64,000 nucleotides of DNA from Pseudovirgaria hyperparasitica (taxonomy: Eukaryota). Below are positions 36,694-50,537 of the stretch, in pieces. Location of the stretch: the NCBI GenBank assembly GCA_010093815.1, contig ML996580.1; one strand, 5' to 3'. Every line of letters starts with the position of its first letter. The stretch's first letter is position 1. Below the pieces are notes generated by a model. That model had not been told where the DNA came from and did no database searches. It was given only the letters and a program-made list of their open reading frames with translations. The position numbers and the translations under genes were made by a program.

Positions 36694-37004
36694 TGCTGGT
36701 GGCTGTCGACTCACGATGGATTCAGCGTTCTGTTGTCATTGTGACTCTGGGTGATCATAAGCCCCTCTGGTGCGCCCGAGAGACTTGGGCAAATACAGGC
36801 GTTATCATCTACTTCTTGTATCATACTTCGGGTATAGACTCTCTCACAAAGGGCGCCGGGTGGTGTAAGGAGGTTTCTGTCAGCATAGTTATGATGACCC
36901 AAGCGAATGTATCCTAGGTATGGAACGTTATGAATGCATGATTTTCATTGCTGCCGCACATCTATAGACGAGCAGAATCATTCACGTCCCATGTGCGTGA
37001 CCCC

Positions 37005-38773
37005 TTAGTGCCCATGTCCATCATCTTGACCCCTCTGCTCTGGATCCAGCTTGATCAACGTATCAATCCGCATAATCGCAATACATGCCTCCACCGCACT
37101 CTTCAGCTGCTTAATTTTGCTCATACTCGGCTCCAGTACGCCCGCCTTGATGCTATCCGCAACCTTGCCCTTGCTCAAGTCTAATCCATAGTTTTTGTAG
37201 TTCTTCTTACGGATCAAGTCCTTCTCGCTCTCGCTTGGCGGCGCATTGTGCTCTGACGCCGGCGTATTAAGCCGCTGCGACAACGCGTGCCGCGAACGTA
37301 GCTGTGCGACGAGCTCAGAGCTGTCGAGCGCTGCATTAACGGCCAAGCACTTTGGAATAGACAGCAACGCGGTCGCGAAGGCGCCAATGGCGAGCTGCTC
37401 CCGCGAGCCAACACTGGTGGCCCATTCCTCAAGGTAGATGTGCAGAGCAGTTTCGACGGCACCGCCACCGGGCACGACCTTGCCGCTCTCGAGAGTGCGC
37501 TTAACAGCGGACAGGGTGTCATGTACGGAGCGTTCCATCTCGTCGAGCGAGTAGTCATTTGCGCCGCGCAGGATGATAGAGGAGGAAGAGTGGACCTTCG
37601 TGCCCTTGACAATGATACATTCGTCGTCGGAGATTCGCTCCTGGGCAACTTCTTCTGCGTCGCCGAGGCTGGAGGCCTCGAACTTCTCGTCGCCGTTCAG
37701 GTCAGAAAGGGAGGAGATGAGAGTGGCGCCGGTGGCCTTTGCGATGCGGCGGAGATCTTCCTTCTTGCAGCGGCGGACGGCCATGGCACCTTTTTCGATA
37801 AACTGCTTGAGGCAAAGGTCGTCGATGCCCTTTGTTGTGAGGACGACGTTAGCGCCGGATTTTAGAATCATCTCAACACGCTCGAGAACGATGCCGGATT
37901 CACGCTCGCGTATCTTTTCGAGTTGTTGTGGATCGTCGACAGTGATGTGCACGCCAAGCTTCATCCGCTCTTTTTGGAGGTTGATGTCCAGGCAGGCGAT
38001 TTTGGCGTTCGGGATGCGGGTCTTCATGGCTTGCGATGCGACAGTACAGTTCAGAGCGTAGCCCTTGACGAGGATTGACTCTGTGGCGCTCTTCCCGTGT
38101 GCCTTTAGGATATTGACTGCCTTTACTGGGTATTTCACCTCACCCTTCTGGTTCGTCGACTTGACGGCTTGCATGGCGTCGACGCACATGTTCGCGAAGA
38201 AATCCGAGTCTCCACCGATGATCTTACTTGACATCGAGGTCTTTGCAATATTGACGAGACTCTCCCTGCCTAGCTTCTCAACCGGTACGCTGATGTTCTC
38301 GTTCATGTACTTTACAGCCTCTCGGAGCGCGAGTCTGTAGCCTGTGATAATTGTCGTTGGGTGGATTCGGTTCTTCATGAGCTCATTTGCCCTCCGTAAT
38401 AGCTCCGCGGCGATTAATACAACTGATGTGGTTCCATCGCCCACCTCCCTATCTTGTTGCTGTGCGAGGTCCACTAGAATCTTGCCTGCTGGGTGCTCAA
38501 TCTCAAGAAGACTTAAGATAGTTGCGCCATCATTGGTCACGGTAACGTCGCCGATATCGTCCACCATCATCTTATCAAGTCCTGAGGGTCCAAATGAGCT
38601 TTTTATCACATTCGCGATAGCTTGCGTCGCAAGAACATTCTGGTCGCGTATATCCTGACCCGTAATCTTTTGTCCGCCAAGAACTGTAGCTTGTCAGTTG
38701 ATGTCCCCGTAGACAGGTTGCTGAGCTTACACAAAGTTCCAGCATTTCGAGGTTGCTCAAATAAGGAAGCCAT
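37005..38773 (-). CDS. CCT1: T-complex protein 1 subunit alpha (CCT chaperonin), 2 exons
   Basis: [70 protein letters not shown]. Confidence 0.97.
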
Positions 38774-39091
38774 TTTGAATGCGAGTATATGTGTTGCTTC
38801 GCCTGTTCCTAGAGCTCTCCAACTGCTAGGCCGACGCGAATCTTCAAAAATTCAAGACAGTCCGGCTGAACCGTGGATCTGCGCGCGTGCCAGAGACAAC
38901 GCACGGGCGCGGACGCTGTTTGACTGTTTTGACCCCTCAGGCGGACCCCTCCAAAGATTCACGTTCAGTCACCGCAGATTAAGAGTCAGAGCTTCCGCGC
39001 CGCAAAGGTGACTCAACTACAGCTTTCCGTGGCATATATCTGGGTGTGCGCTCTAGTGTTTGTCTCGTCTGTACTCTATTATTCATTCAAC

Positions 39092-40890
39092 ATGGCTTCC
39101 GACGCATCAGCTTCCGCTGCTGCTGCTGCTGCTGCTGCTGTAGACAGCAAACTACAAGACATGTCGATCTCCGAAACAACTAAAAAGAAGGAGTCTAAGA
39201 AAAAAGAGCCCAAGAGCAAAGAACCCAAGAACACTCAGCAGAAGCAAGCGAAAGCCAAGACAAGTAAGAAGAATGACGACGCCGCCCTCATTGGTATCAA
39301 TGTGAAAAAGGCAGACGATCTCGCAGATTGGTACCAGCAAGTCATTACCAAGGGTGGCATGATAAGCTTCTATGACGTGTCTGGCTGTTACATCCTTAAG
39401 CCCGCTTCATATTCGATATGGGAGTACATAAAAGAGTGGTTTGATGCGAAGATCAAGTCAATTGGTGTGGAGAACTGTTATTTTCCCGTCTTCATCTCGG
39501 AGGACAACCTTACTCGTGAGAAGGAGCATATCGAGGGTTTCGCAGCTGAAGTAGCATGGGTGACACACGGGTAAGCCCATTTCCAACGCACTTCTCCAGT
39601 CGCTTGATTGACATTGTATGCAGTGGCCAGAGTAAACTCGAGAAGCGCGTTGCTGTTCGTCCTACCTCCGAGACCGCGATGTACTCCGAATTTGCGCGCG
39701 AGATCCGCAGTCACCGAGACCTCCCCCTGAAGCTCAACCAATGGAACAATGTCGTGCGCTGGGAGTTCAAGCATCCGATGCCGTTCCTGCGCTCGAGGGA
39801 GTTCTTGTGGCAAGAGGGCCACACTGCACATTTGACCAAGGAGGGCGCTGGTAAAGAGGTCCACCAGATCTTGGATTGGTACGCTGGTATCTATGAGGAG
39901 CTTCTGGCTGTTCCCATGGTGAAAGGCACAAAGACCAACAATGAGAAGTTTGCCGGTGCGGACTACACAACGACCGTGGAAGGTTTCATTCCTGCCACTG
40001 GACGTGGGATTCAGGGAGGCACGAGTCATTGCTTGGGGCAACACTTTAGCAAGATGTTCGACATCAAGGTAGAGGATCCCGACCAGAAGAAAGAAGATGG
40101 AGGTGAGGGCAAGTCTAAGCATCTCTTCGTTTGGCAGAACTCGTGGGGATTCACAACACGATCCATTGGTGTAATGGTCTTGACCCACGGTGACGACAAG
40201 GGGCTTGTTATGCCTCCAAGGGTCGCTAAGATTCAAGCAGTCATTGTTCCCGTGGGTATAACTGCAAAGCTTGGAGAAGAAGGTCGCGCAAAACTTGAGG
40301 AGCAAGTCATAGCCATCGCGGAAGTTATCAAGGCAGCCAACGTCAGAGTCCACATCGACAGCCGTGAGGGCTATTCTCCTCCCTGGAAGTTCAACGATTG
40401 GGAGATGAAGGGTGTCCCGCTCCGTATCGAAGTTGGACCCAAGGATCTCGAGAAGCACCAGGTCTGTACTGCTCGTCGTGATACTGGAGAAAAGGGATCT
40501 ATTCCCATTACGCAGCTTGGTACTGATGTGCCCACCCTGCTTGATACCATCCAATCAGATATGTTCAAAAGAGCTGACGCCATATATCGCGAGCATCGTA
40601 AAGAAATCACCAATTGGGATGACTTCGTCCCGGCGCTGAATTCTAAGAATTTCTGCCTTATCCCACACTGCGAAGGCGATGACTGCGAGGACGAGATCAA
40701 GAAAATGAGCGCGCGGACAGATACTGGTGATGACGTTGCCGAGGACGCCCGTGCTCCAGCTATGGGTGCGAAGAGTTTGTGTATTCCGTTTGATCAGCCT
40801 TCTGGTATCACCCTAGGCGAAACGAAGTGCACGAACCCCAACTGCAAAGCCTTAGCGAAGTCGTGGGTCATGTTTGGACGGAGCTATTAG
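39092..40890 (+). CDS. Cytosolic prolyl-tRNA synthetase, 2 exons
   Basis: [70 protein letters not shown] and C-terminal FGRSY. Intron ~39571-39623. Confidence 0.97.
39116..39139 (+). repeat. (GCT)8 microsatellite encoding poly-Ala in the ProRS N-terminus
   Basis: Direct reading of the tandem GCT units. Confidence 0.9.
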
Positions 40891-41323
40891 AGACATATGC
40901 TCATCTCGTTTGGTGTTACACTCTATGATATTCGGGTGTTTTATTGTATTTGATCTTCATGGAGCGTTTGGGTGGTGAGGAGTCATGACCTGGAACGCAA
41001 AAGTGAATGCATTTCAGCAATAGGGTTATGCCGTCTATGCTATAAGAAATCAGATTAGTACAACTTAAGTGTTTGGGACATTCATTCTAGTGAGTATCAA
41101 ATCTATGAACCGTGACGCTGAACCGATAAAATGAAAATGTGCATTGCTGTAAGGGGTATCTATACAAAATGAGGTCCAAACCGCTCAAATCCCGTATGCT
41201 TCCTAGCTATCTAATTGATTGTGCTCTTTTTTTATGCCAACTGCTCTCGTGTCCTTCACTCCACCGGGTTTCCATCACATCCAACGCAGCAGAATTGCAA
41301 AATGCTCCATCCTTAATCCTTGT

Positions 41324-41929
41324 TCACACGGCCCGGTAGTCGCCAAACTCACAAGAGTTCCACTGGACACCACCATCAACCTCCGTTGGCGAAGACGAAG
41401 CCATCGACCCTCCAGACCACATCTCCCCTTCAACCTGGCTCAGCAGGGAGTAGCCAGTGTTCACACTACTACCAGACAGAGATCTCACGTGCTGGCTCTC
41501 GTGTATCGGCGAGGAACTATGCGCCGCTGATGCGCGAAGCATCGCGACCAGGCTAGCGAAATGCGGGTCAACTGTTGTTGGTCGACCGGCACGGGTGTTG
41601 ATGGGAGTGCCATCTGGGCGGCGGAAGAGTGGCTCTGCCGTATCCAGCTTCTCGGGCACCCTGGGGAGCGAGTAGAGGATAGCCGGGTCGCCGTAGAGGA
41701 CTTTCTGGTCGGCGGTGCGGCCAGAAGACAGGGAGGGGTCCATGGTGCTGGGCACCGCGCGCTCGGCAGAGACCAGCTCTGTTGCAGGAGCATATCCGTA
41801 TTGATACGGAGGGTGTGGGACTAGAGTGCGGACCTGGTAGTTGGCTGGTTGGTATGAGATACCATTGCCAGCGACAAAGTGGTGGAAGCCACCATAGCCC
41901 ATGTAGTTCGCTTGAATGAATCTGGCCAT
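41324..41929 (-). CDS. Hypothetical orphan-like protein, 201 aa
   Basis: ATG in strong context (accgccatcATGG). GC-rich ORF flanked by more AT-rich DNA. No recognised domain. Confidence 0.55.
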   Translation of the reverse strand: MARFIQANYMGYGGFHHFVAGNGISYQPANYQVRTLVPHPPYQYGYAPATELVSAERAVPSTMDPSLSSGRTADQKVLYGDPAILYSLPRVPEKLDTAEPLFRRPDGTPINTRAGRPTTVDPHFASLVAMLRASAAHSSSPIHESQHVRSLSGSSVNTGYSLLSQVEGEMWSGGSMASSSPTEVDGGVQWNSCEFGDYRAV

Positions 41930-43696
41930 GATGGCGGTGGACTATCTTTTGTATATCCTGTATCTGGGTGATGACAGTAGAGCGAGTATCTCTGTGCAGC
42001 GACTTGAATGGCAGTATTGAATAAGAGAATGTCAATGATTTAACCAGAGTCGAAACTTTTCGAACAGAGAAAGAGTACAGAAACCGAGAAAAATAAAATA
42101 GCGAGAGCGACGCGACAAGGGATTAAATATGAAAACCGCTCCAGTAAAACTTTCACTTTCGTGTCGAATCCATGGTATCGTGTTCCGAACGCTTCCAAGG
42201 TTGTTCAGGGGCACTGTTAGCGTGCGTGACGATTCCATGTTATGTAGTACCAGCAAACACTTCGCCCATACTTGTTCACATTTGTGTCCTAACCAAGTAC
42301 CAATAATGATGATTCATTTCAGTGTATAGTGAGCATGATCCCGAGAAGAATTAGAATAGCGATACACCGATTGAGAGCATAGTCTATCGTAATTTCTGGT
42401 CGTTCACTTTCGTATCAACAAAAGTCTTCTTTACGGCAGTATCGATGTTTTTGTACGTGGAACGCCAGGATCCATGTCGGCTCTTAAACATCTTGAGCGA
42501 TGATAGCAACCTTGACGTTGCTAGATGAGGCAAAGCTCTGGTCAAGACATCATCTCATGCTTCGATGTTGGTCAGCGAGGTAAACTAGACCGTTCGCCTG
42601 GGTTGCCCAAGAGATCGAAGTGTGGTCTTGCAGATGTAAATATAGGCAGCATAATTCCGTAACAGTTGTCTCCGCATCCATACAGTTCTCATCGTCGAGT
42701 ACGTGATATGCAGGCAAGGACAGGAAACGGTAGATGCATTGTGACCTTCGTCCCAAATAATATGATAGGCCTAACAAATTTGCTCTCGGTATCGCGCATG
42801 ACACGTACGTACTGAACAGAGCAAAGCGCCTTTCGTGAAGAGTCTTAAGGAATAATCCCATAATCTGCGCGTCTGTCGTTCCTAGTCGACCAGAGAGTTT
42901 TGATACGGGTCAACAAGAATAGGTCCTGATGCACATTTCGACTGTTTCGACCTTACTGACAGATTTTATCAACAGATTTAGGACCAAGATCTTTTGGAGG
43001 ACTATGTCCTAAATCTAAGGAAATTAAGTACAAAGAAAGGGTCCAAAGGACAGAGCGAACCGTGGAAACGCGCAGAAGCGACGCTGAACAATGTACTCTA
43101 GTAGTTCACGACTATCCAACAAAAGTTTCATTTGGTCTTCGACGTGCACTTATCTCAAGGCTCCTGAGTCCTGCCGCATGCAGACAAATCTCTGACCCCA
43201 ATGTAGCTACTGGGTTTGCGGTGAGATTCGACGCTCTTCTCCATCAACATTCTATCCTTTTGGTAACTAAATCTTCGAATTGAATTATCTTTTCGCCATA
43301 CTAGCAGTTTCTAAATTCTGCTTTCCAGGATACTAGCCAAGATGACCAGCTCTCAGCTGACCATGCAGGCGGGTAGGGTAGCACAAGAAGTTATTCTGCC
43401 TTGTTGATGTGTTTCGAGATCTGAAAAAGGGAAGATCTTGTATATTACTCTCGATGTAGAGGTGATGTCTGCAAATGGCACAGACGCGAAGTCATATCTG
43501 GATGATAAATGGAGCTCTAATTAGTCCTGAGATGGTAAGCGTCGATACCGTTGACACCTAGCTTCTAAGGCTGCTTACTATGTATGCAAACCTCGGCTCA
43601 GTATGTCTACACATCGTCTTCAACACCATCACGCAAGCTTCACTATAACACACCCGCCAATATGCCCAGATAGCGTCACACTCTCCGGTACTCGAA

Positions 43697-45125
43697 ATGG
43701 AGTACATGACCACACTTCAATCCGGCTTCGACGGCCTCAAGCCTTCTCTCTTCGGTATCCATCACATCACAAGCGCATCCGATCACTCACTGACATCCAT
43801 AAGAACTCCTCTCCGAACAACAGCTGTCCTCCCTCCTCCCTCCGTCACTCCGCTACCTACTTGCGGTGTCCGCCCACCGCCATCCACGCTATCTCCTCCG
43901 TATCCTCAACTCCTTCGATGAACTTTACGCGCTCCTCTCCCTCCTCGTCGAGCGCCATTTCCTGCGCACCTATGGCGGTAGTTTCACCGAGAACTTCTAC
44001 GGCCTGAAACGCGAGCGCGTACTGCAAGTCCGTGGCGGCGAAGTTCCGCGGGCACAACTGGGCGCTGCAAGCGATGTCCGCGCAACCCTGAAACTGCGAC
44101 GGCAGGATGTGTGGGCAAATCTGGCGATCATGGTCGGTGTACCGTATATCAAAAGAAAGTTAGACGAAGGCTACGATATTCATGCCGCAGGCTCGAACTT
44201 GCTCGGGCCAGGCTATCGCGCTGATCGCGATGGCCTCTCACCAAACTCAACATTCAAGCAGAGGATAATGTACTACTATAAATGGTTCCTGCGGCGCGTA
44301 TATCCCAGCGTGAACGCTGCATACTACTTCGCCCTCCTTGCCTTCAACCTCGCGTATCTCTTCGATGGCGCAAAGTTCCACTCCCCATTTCTCTGGCTGG
44401 TGGGCACGCGCGTGCGGCGCCTTGGACAGGCGGATTATGCAGCCATCGAGGCCATCACAAACCCGGCCCCGCAGGCTAAGAGCACAGCGCCGCGCGCAGG
44501 GCAAAACAACTCCATCTTCAACCCCCGAACAATGGTCGGTGTCGTATACCCCCGCGTCCTTTCCTCCTTTCGCATCCTCCTCCCCACATCCATCTTCGCA
44601 CTGAAGTTCCTCGAGTGGTGGCATCAGTCCGATTTCGCACGGCAGCTCTCGCGAAAAGCGGCAGAGGGCATAGAACTACCGCCGCCCGTGACTGCCGGAC
44701 TATCACGAGGGCTACCGCCGAAGCCCTCGAAGACCTCCGCGAAAGAGGTCCCATCTAGCTCCGACGAGAAGCCCGAAAAGGCTACCACGATACGGACACC
44801 CCCAATTGCCGCGTCTTCACTCCTACCTATCCTCACCGTTCCAGCACCATCGAACTCGGCGCTGTGTCCGATATGTACACAGCCGATCACGACGTCAACG
44901 GCGTCGCCGTATGGGCATGTGTATTGCTACGTATGCATACATCGGTGGGTGGATGGGACGCATGAGCGACAAGAGGCCTTCATGGAGGGAGGTGCTGGGG
45001 AAGAAGGCTGGGAGAAGGAGGAGGGAAGCAGAGAAGGGAGATGGGAGAGTGGGAGGGGGCGAGATGCGATTACCGGTCAGAGAATACTGGGCGGGACGGG
45101 CGGTTTGAGAAGAGTGTTAGCATGA
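43697..45125 (+). CDS. PEX12: Peroxin 12 (Pex2/Pex12 N-domain plus degenerate RING), 2 exons
   Basis: KPSLF|ELLSEQQL..PSLRYLL, GGSFTENFYGLKR, IFALKFLEWWH, CPIC..GHVYCYVCI and GLRRVL. Confidence 0.95.
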
Positions 45126-45218
45126 TAGGCTTGAGACTCAATATGTACCAATGATGTTATGTATAATCACGCCAGTAGCTATAAACATGCTATGCACATA
45201 CAGACAACTCGATGTCAT

Positions 45219-46214
45219 TCACCGACTATACGACCTCGTCCCCTCGGGATCCAGCGGCGTGCTCTCATCAATGGGCTCCGGATCGTCCGCCGGGTCCCTA
45301 TGCTCCGCATGCGTCAACTTCTTGTCGTTCCTGTCCCTCCACCAGAAAGCGATCGCGATGCACAATAAGACCCCCTGAAGACACCCCGTCACAAGATACA
45401 GACCCCAGGTGCTCCACCCCGCCTTGCCCAAACGCGCATACAGACTCGCGCTCCAAATAAAACTCCCCGGCGTTTGAAGCAACATCATCGGTATACTCAG
45501 CGAATAAATGTTCTGCAAGCGCAGCGTCGTGACGATCTGTGGTATATACTGTATGGCTGCAAGGGACGCACCAGCGATGCCCAGGAAGTTAGCCCAGGAT
45601 TGGAGGGCGGACCGGTGTCCAAACGTGAAGAATAGCGAGAGGATGAAGACGGTCAGGAAGAAGACCATGCTGATAAAGAGCACGCCCAGGGCTTCCTTCC
45701 ATGCAGAGATCCCGGTAACGCCTGGGGAGTCGGTGGAGGAGCGGGGAAAGAAGAGAAGGAAGAGGAGAAGTCTACACTCAGATCAGCATCGCATATCTTC
45801 AATGTAGGAGTGGATGGGAGTGATGTAAGCACGTACATGAGGAAGAAACACGCCCACTGCACGCCCACCTGGAATACCCCTAGCAACGCCGCACCACACG
45901 CAAAGTCGCTGATCTTCTTGCAGCACATCATGTCCTCTTGGCTTATGGGCAGCGTGAGGATGTTCGCGATGCCGGCGGTGCCAGATACGGTGCCCAAAAG
46001 GACGAAGACGGAGGATATGCCATGGGAGGAGCGGCGCGATATGATCTTGTAGTGTTGCGGGAGGTAAGAGACGATAATGCCGACGAGGAGGAAGCTGTAT
46101 TTCCTTGTCAGTGGGAAGCTATTAGGGCATGGTCTGTGGGACTGACAGTGAGATGCCAAAGTTGGCCGGGTCTGGGTGGGCGAGCTCGTTGCAGCGGTCC
46201 TTAAAGTCAGACAT
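45219..46214 (-). CDS. PQ-loop repeat membrane protein, 3 exons
   Basis: Two PQ loops (VSYLPQHYKII..SSHGIS and IQYIPQIVTT..SLSIPMM), multiple TM segments and a C-terminal ESTPL acidic motif. Confidence 0.9.
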
Positions 46215-46725
46215 GATGGTCGCCATCATGAGCGCTGTTGTGTGAGAGTTGTAGAGGCTCAGACTACCCCGTCTCAAGCTTCATGGAGATGTTGTCGTCA
46301 GGAAGACACCAGCCCAGTTGTTGTACCTGGTGACGTGCGTTCAGGCAGGCACCAGGCCGCAGTGTAGCCTCGGAGTGGCTGGAGACTTGGAGCTTGAGCA
46401 CGGGCCTTCACTAGCGCAGGAACGACTCCCCTAAACTCTGACCTGTATTAATTAATTCCTCATGTGCACCTTTTCACAAGGTGGTTGACCTCAGCAGTTT
46501 CTCGGGAGTTCTTATCTGTGCTGCGAATGATGTTCGAGATGGACTTAGTTAGCGTAAGGCCCGGGACTGCAAAGCTTAAGATAGGACGAATCCTCCTGCG
46601 TGCTTACGACCAGTATTACAAATCACATATATGACCTCACTGAACTCTAGCAAAGCTCACAAAGATTGATATCTCGCTAGCTACTCAATCTGTGTAGATC
46701 TAGCCTGGGGAGAGGAATCGAGGAG

Positions 46726-47524
46726 ATGATGGCTTCTCTACAGCTTACTGATTCAGAAGCCGAAAAGGCATGCCGTGGCGAGTGTTGGCATGGCGTGCAA
46801 GATGCAAGGGAACGTAAACGAATACAAGACAGAATTGCCCAACGAGCACGACGTAAGAGCGAGGACTAGACGAAAGTCTAATGCAGAGCTCACCAGAAGC
46901 CTAGGTCAGCGTAAAGCAAGGTTCAAAGCCCTTGCACAACACCAACATCAACAACATCACCAGACGCCCAATACCAGCGAGGTAGAAGGATCAAAAGACG
47001 GAGATGACGATCCATTCTGCCACATCATGGACACTCTCCCCCCTCTAGATCCGGCCTTGAACATAGCAACTTACTCTCCATCCGAAGTCGTGAGTTCAAA
47101 GCCAGAAGACATGTTTGCCATCGTGCCACCAACCCTCGACCCTTCAGATCAAGTCGCCGCGACCGCACTGCCCGCACACTATGCACTGTTCCTAAACGGC
47201 GACATCCTAGGCCTGACCTGCGGCATGTCCGCCCCATCTCGCTCACTTACGCCCATAGAGATAGTACCCGCATCACTCTACCCGTCGATGTTGCAGCTCG
47301 TCACGGTCCACAAGCTGTGGATCGATCGGTTCCCGTTTCCTCGGTTCAGAGAAAACATGCTGAATCTCAGCCCTGTGATTGATGATGAGCAGTTTCTCCG
47401 TGACCTGTTCGGGCTGGACTCTGGCAAGTCCTTTTGCGTCAGGGAGGGCGGGATGAGCTGGGAGCCAAGAGACTGGTTCATGGGAAAGCAGATGAGCGAG
47501 AAATGGGGATGGTTGTTCTACTAA
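46726..47524 (+). CDS. bZIP-like / DUF3425 transcription factor, 2 exons
   Basis: Exon 1 encodes the basic region WHGVQDARERKRIQDRIAQRARR. Exon 2 has LYPSMLQLVTVHKLWIDRFPFPRFRENML..WEPRDW..KWGWLF. Confidence 0.85.
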
Positions 47525-48436
47525 GTGAAACAACAAGGCAGCCATGGGTTCTACTCAGTTATGTTCTCCGCCCTCTCAATATGGAGAACGAACTCTAGCA
47601 AGCCACGATTCAAGGCAAGAATCAACCCTTCAGCGGCCTCCACTTTCAAGACCTCAAGAAATTGAAGATTTTACTATAAAATTCGCTGCCATCCACTTCA
47701 AATCTCACACCATGTTCGGCTTTTCGACACATACACTGCACGCACCGCTTTCTGACTAGCCACGGCATTCGTCGCCATCGCAGAATCGCCGATCAAGATT
47801 TTCCAGCCATCGGCTTATTCATACCCATAAGCCATCCCAACCATAGACACTAAGTCAAGTCTGCAATGCTCAGCTTGCTAGCCAAGAACCCTCCCAGCGA
47901 GACGAATAGACTGCGCGTGATATACTTTGCGTATATAAAGCCGTAGAGCACAGGTAAGGGGCATGGAAAGCATCATGCACCAGAGTGCGCGAACGTATCG
48001 ACGAGTTTGATATGCCCAGGCGACAATGTGACATCACAACTCAAATGATTGAGCATGCCCCGCTGTCACACGACCTCATAGTCTTTATCTAATCGCTCAA
48101 TTGCTCGAAGTCCAAAGCGGGTTCAATTCGGATGTTGACGCTTAAAATGCATATTAGGACATCTTTCATCATGTATTACTCCCCCTCCTCCGTCCGTTCC
48201 CTAAGGAGCACGAGTGGAATGTGATCCACAAGTAGAACGCCAGAAATTCTGTGGAGGAGCACAAACATAATCAGGTATTCTGGATTGTAACAGTGACTTC
48301 GTTCATCATACAGTAGGTATGATGCTTCAAGAGTTGGATAGCAATTTCATTGAAAGGGTCAAAGCTAAGTAAACCTAATCAACATCTAGCCTCATGATAG
48401 AGACCACCACTCAGCATCCCACAGTACGATCCCAAA

Positions 48437-50049
48437 TCACTTTTCTGGAATCAAGGCAGCAACCAACCGCTTTCTAGCCCAATAAGCCTGCAAAAAGGCT
48501 CCATAACTCCACGTCAAATCATGCGCACCTCTCTCAAACCCTGTCACGCGATCAAACTGCTCGCTAAGACTTCCATCTGCATTCGCATGCGTTCGTAAAA
48601 TGTAAAGGAAGTCGTCTCCGATGCTTTTCAGCCTCTCCATGGCTGTCTTGAAGACTTCCGAGCTTGAATTGTACACTATGCCAGCTTTAAGATCTGGAAT
48701 AGAACTGGTGTTTGATAAGAGTCCAGACCAAAACGGCAGGCCAAGAGCAGTGACTGGTAAATTATGTTGAGAAAGGAGATGGGAAGCCGTGCGGAACATG
48801 ACTTCGGCAGCGGACGATGTGCAAAGAAACCAAGGGTTGCCACCGTTTGGCGTCGTACCGTACCCATCGTAGATGTCCTCTGGATAGCGTCCAAGGCCCG
48901 CTGCTGCGAATCCAGAGATTGGAACCCGATGTGGTTCATTTATAGGATGGCGGATTGCTTGGTCATGGGTCAAGGCAAGAAGGGATAATAGGACTTCATC
49001 AGAATGAGGGGGATAAGGAGACTTCCAAGGCATATCGATCTCGGATTCTCCATGGAGCGATCCTAAGAGAAGGGCACAGTCAAGTCCAGAACGGGCAGTA
49101 TTCTTGATAGCAATAAGGTGGTTCCGCTCTTCGCTCCAGAACTCGTGGAGAAATGCTGACAGCTTCCTAGCTTGTTTGTCGTACCACTTTGCGGCTCCAA
49201 AATCGCCAAACGCAATAGCAATACCGACGCCTTCACGAAGTGCACGGAGCTGGACCATGGCAGTGAAGAAATGCAAGCCGTATACCTCCTCCCATACATC
49301 AAAGCCATCGATACTCCAGTAGCGGGACACGTATTCCAAGTCCGCTTTTATCAAGCTATTGGGCGGCATTGATGGGTCATACAATATAGATAGTCGATGC
49401 CTATCTGGTTCTGTCCAAGCATCCGGGTGCGTCGCGTTGTAAGCTCGGAGGAAGGCCATGAGAGCCAATGCGCGTAAGGCGGGACCATCGCGTTGCGGTC
49501 GACCCCAATTCCTGTTGAAAGGCGAGCCATTCACAAGAAATTTCGGTTCTCCCAGCCCAGCTAGATCGTCAAAGCCGCCCGACGGATTATCAATGTGCTG
49601 AATCTTGTATTGAAGGGTAACGAATGCCGATATTATAAGAGACAAGTCGGCTGAAGGGGACTTTGCATACATGTCCACGAGGGTAGACATGGTGATAGAA
49701 GCGTCTCGGATCCCTGAGTCTTGTAAGCGAAGTCTCTGTCATGATCGCAGATATCATACGCACACTGAAAGAAGTAGTTGGGATGATCGCGGGACGGACT
49801 TGCGATCACAGTCCCCCATGCCGCATTCTGTGCTTCATGCCCTTTGGGCGCGACGTTTGCAAGCAATTTGTCAATGGCGATATGCTCTTGCTCTTCTAGC
49901 CAATGGTCGAGTGGGACATCGGTACTGATTGAAATGGCTTGCTGTGCAGTTTTGCCGTACTTCTCAAGCAGATTCCATGGAGGATTCAGCTGGAAGGCGA
50001 ACGCGTAGAGGACAACGTATGCGATGACGATCGCAGTGAGGAGCATCAT
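48437..50049 (-). CDS. GH15 glucoamylase without a CBM20 starch-binding domain, 2 exons
   Basis: VIASPSRDHPNYFFQW, GLGEPKF, WGRPQRDGPALRA, FDVWEE (catalytic acid), LSEQFDR (base) and DLTWSY. Hydrophobic N-terminus. Confidence 0.93.
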
Positions 50050-50537
50050 AGGGATATAGGATCGAGTATTAGGATTCCAAAAGGCAACGAGAGCTGAAAC
50101 AAGCAAGCAACAGACCAAAAGATGAGAGAGATTGACAATGAGGTGATGGGTGAGAAGGGGATCTCAACGTCTCGAGTAATGGACTACCTACGGTGGGCGA
50201 CTGCCAAGGTGGCAGTTTACTCGCATTATATAAGGGGTAAGAGCGACCTTGACCAGCATTAGAAGACTACTGCTTGAAGGAATCATTTCCAAGTGCAAGC
50301 GTAGGTGCCAATTCCTCACGAGTGTGGACAGTTCTGCATTAACAAGAGTAACTACAGTGAGCGCGCAACATCGTGACGAGACTATAGTAGAGGAAGTACC
50401 GGTGCATGGCTGAGGTATGTAGATTGATTCATCTACGTATACAGCATCAACACTGACTTCAAATAGTCAAAGAAATTCATGCTGGATTCGACTTCTGCCT
50501 CTTTACGATAAGAGGTAGTTTTATAGAGTCTCGTCAA

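Noticed and set aside
39008..39091. In-frame hydrophobic upstream extension of ProRS (possible targeting peptide)
   Set aside because: It starts at GTG within a 318-bp divergent promoter and lacks presequence character. The ATG at 39092 has good context.
42974..43016. 11-bp inverted repeat AGATTTAGGAC..GTCCTAAATCT
   Set aside because: An isolated short hairpin with no second copy, target-site duplication or RNA-gene features. Plausibly chance.
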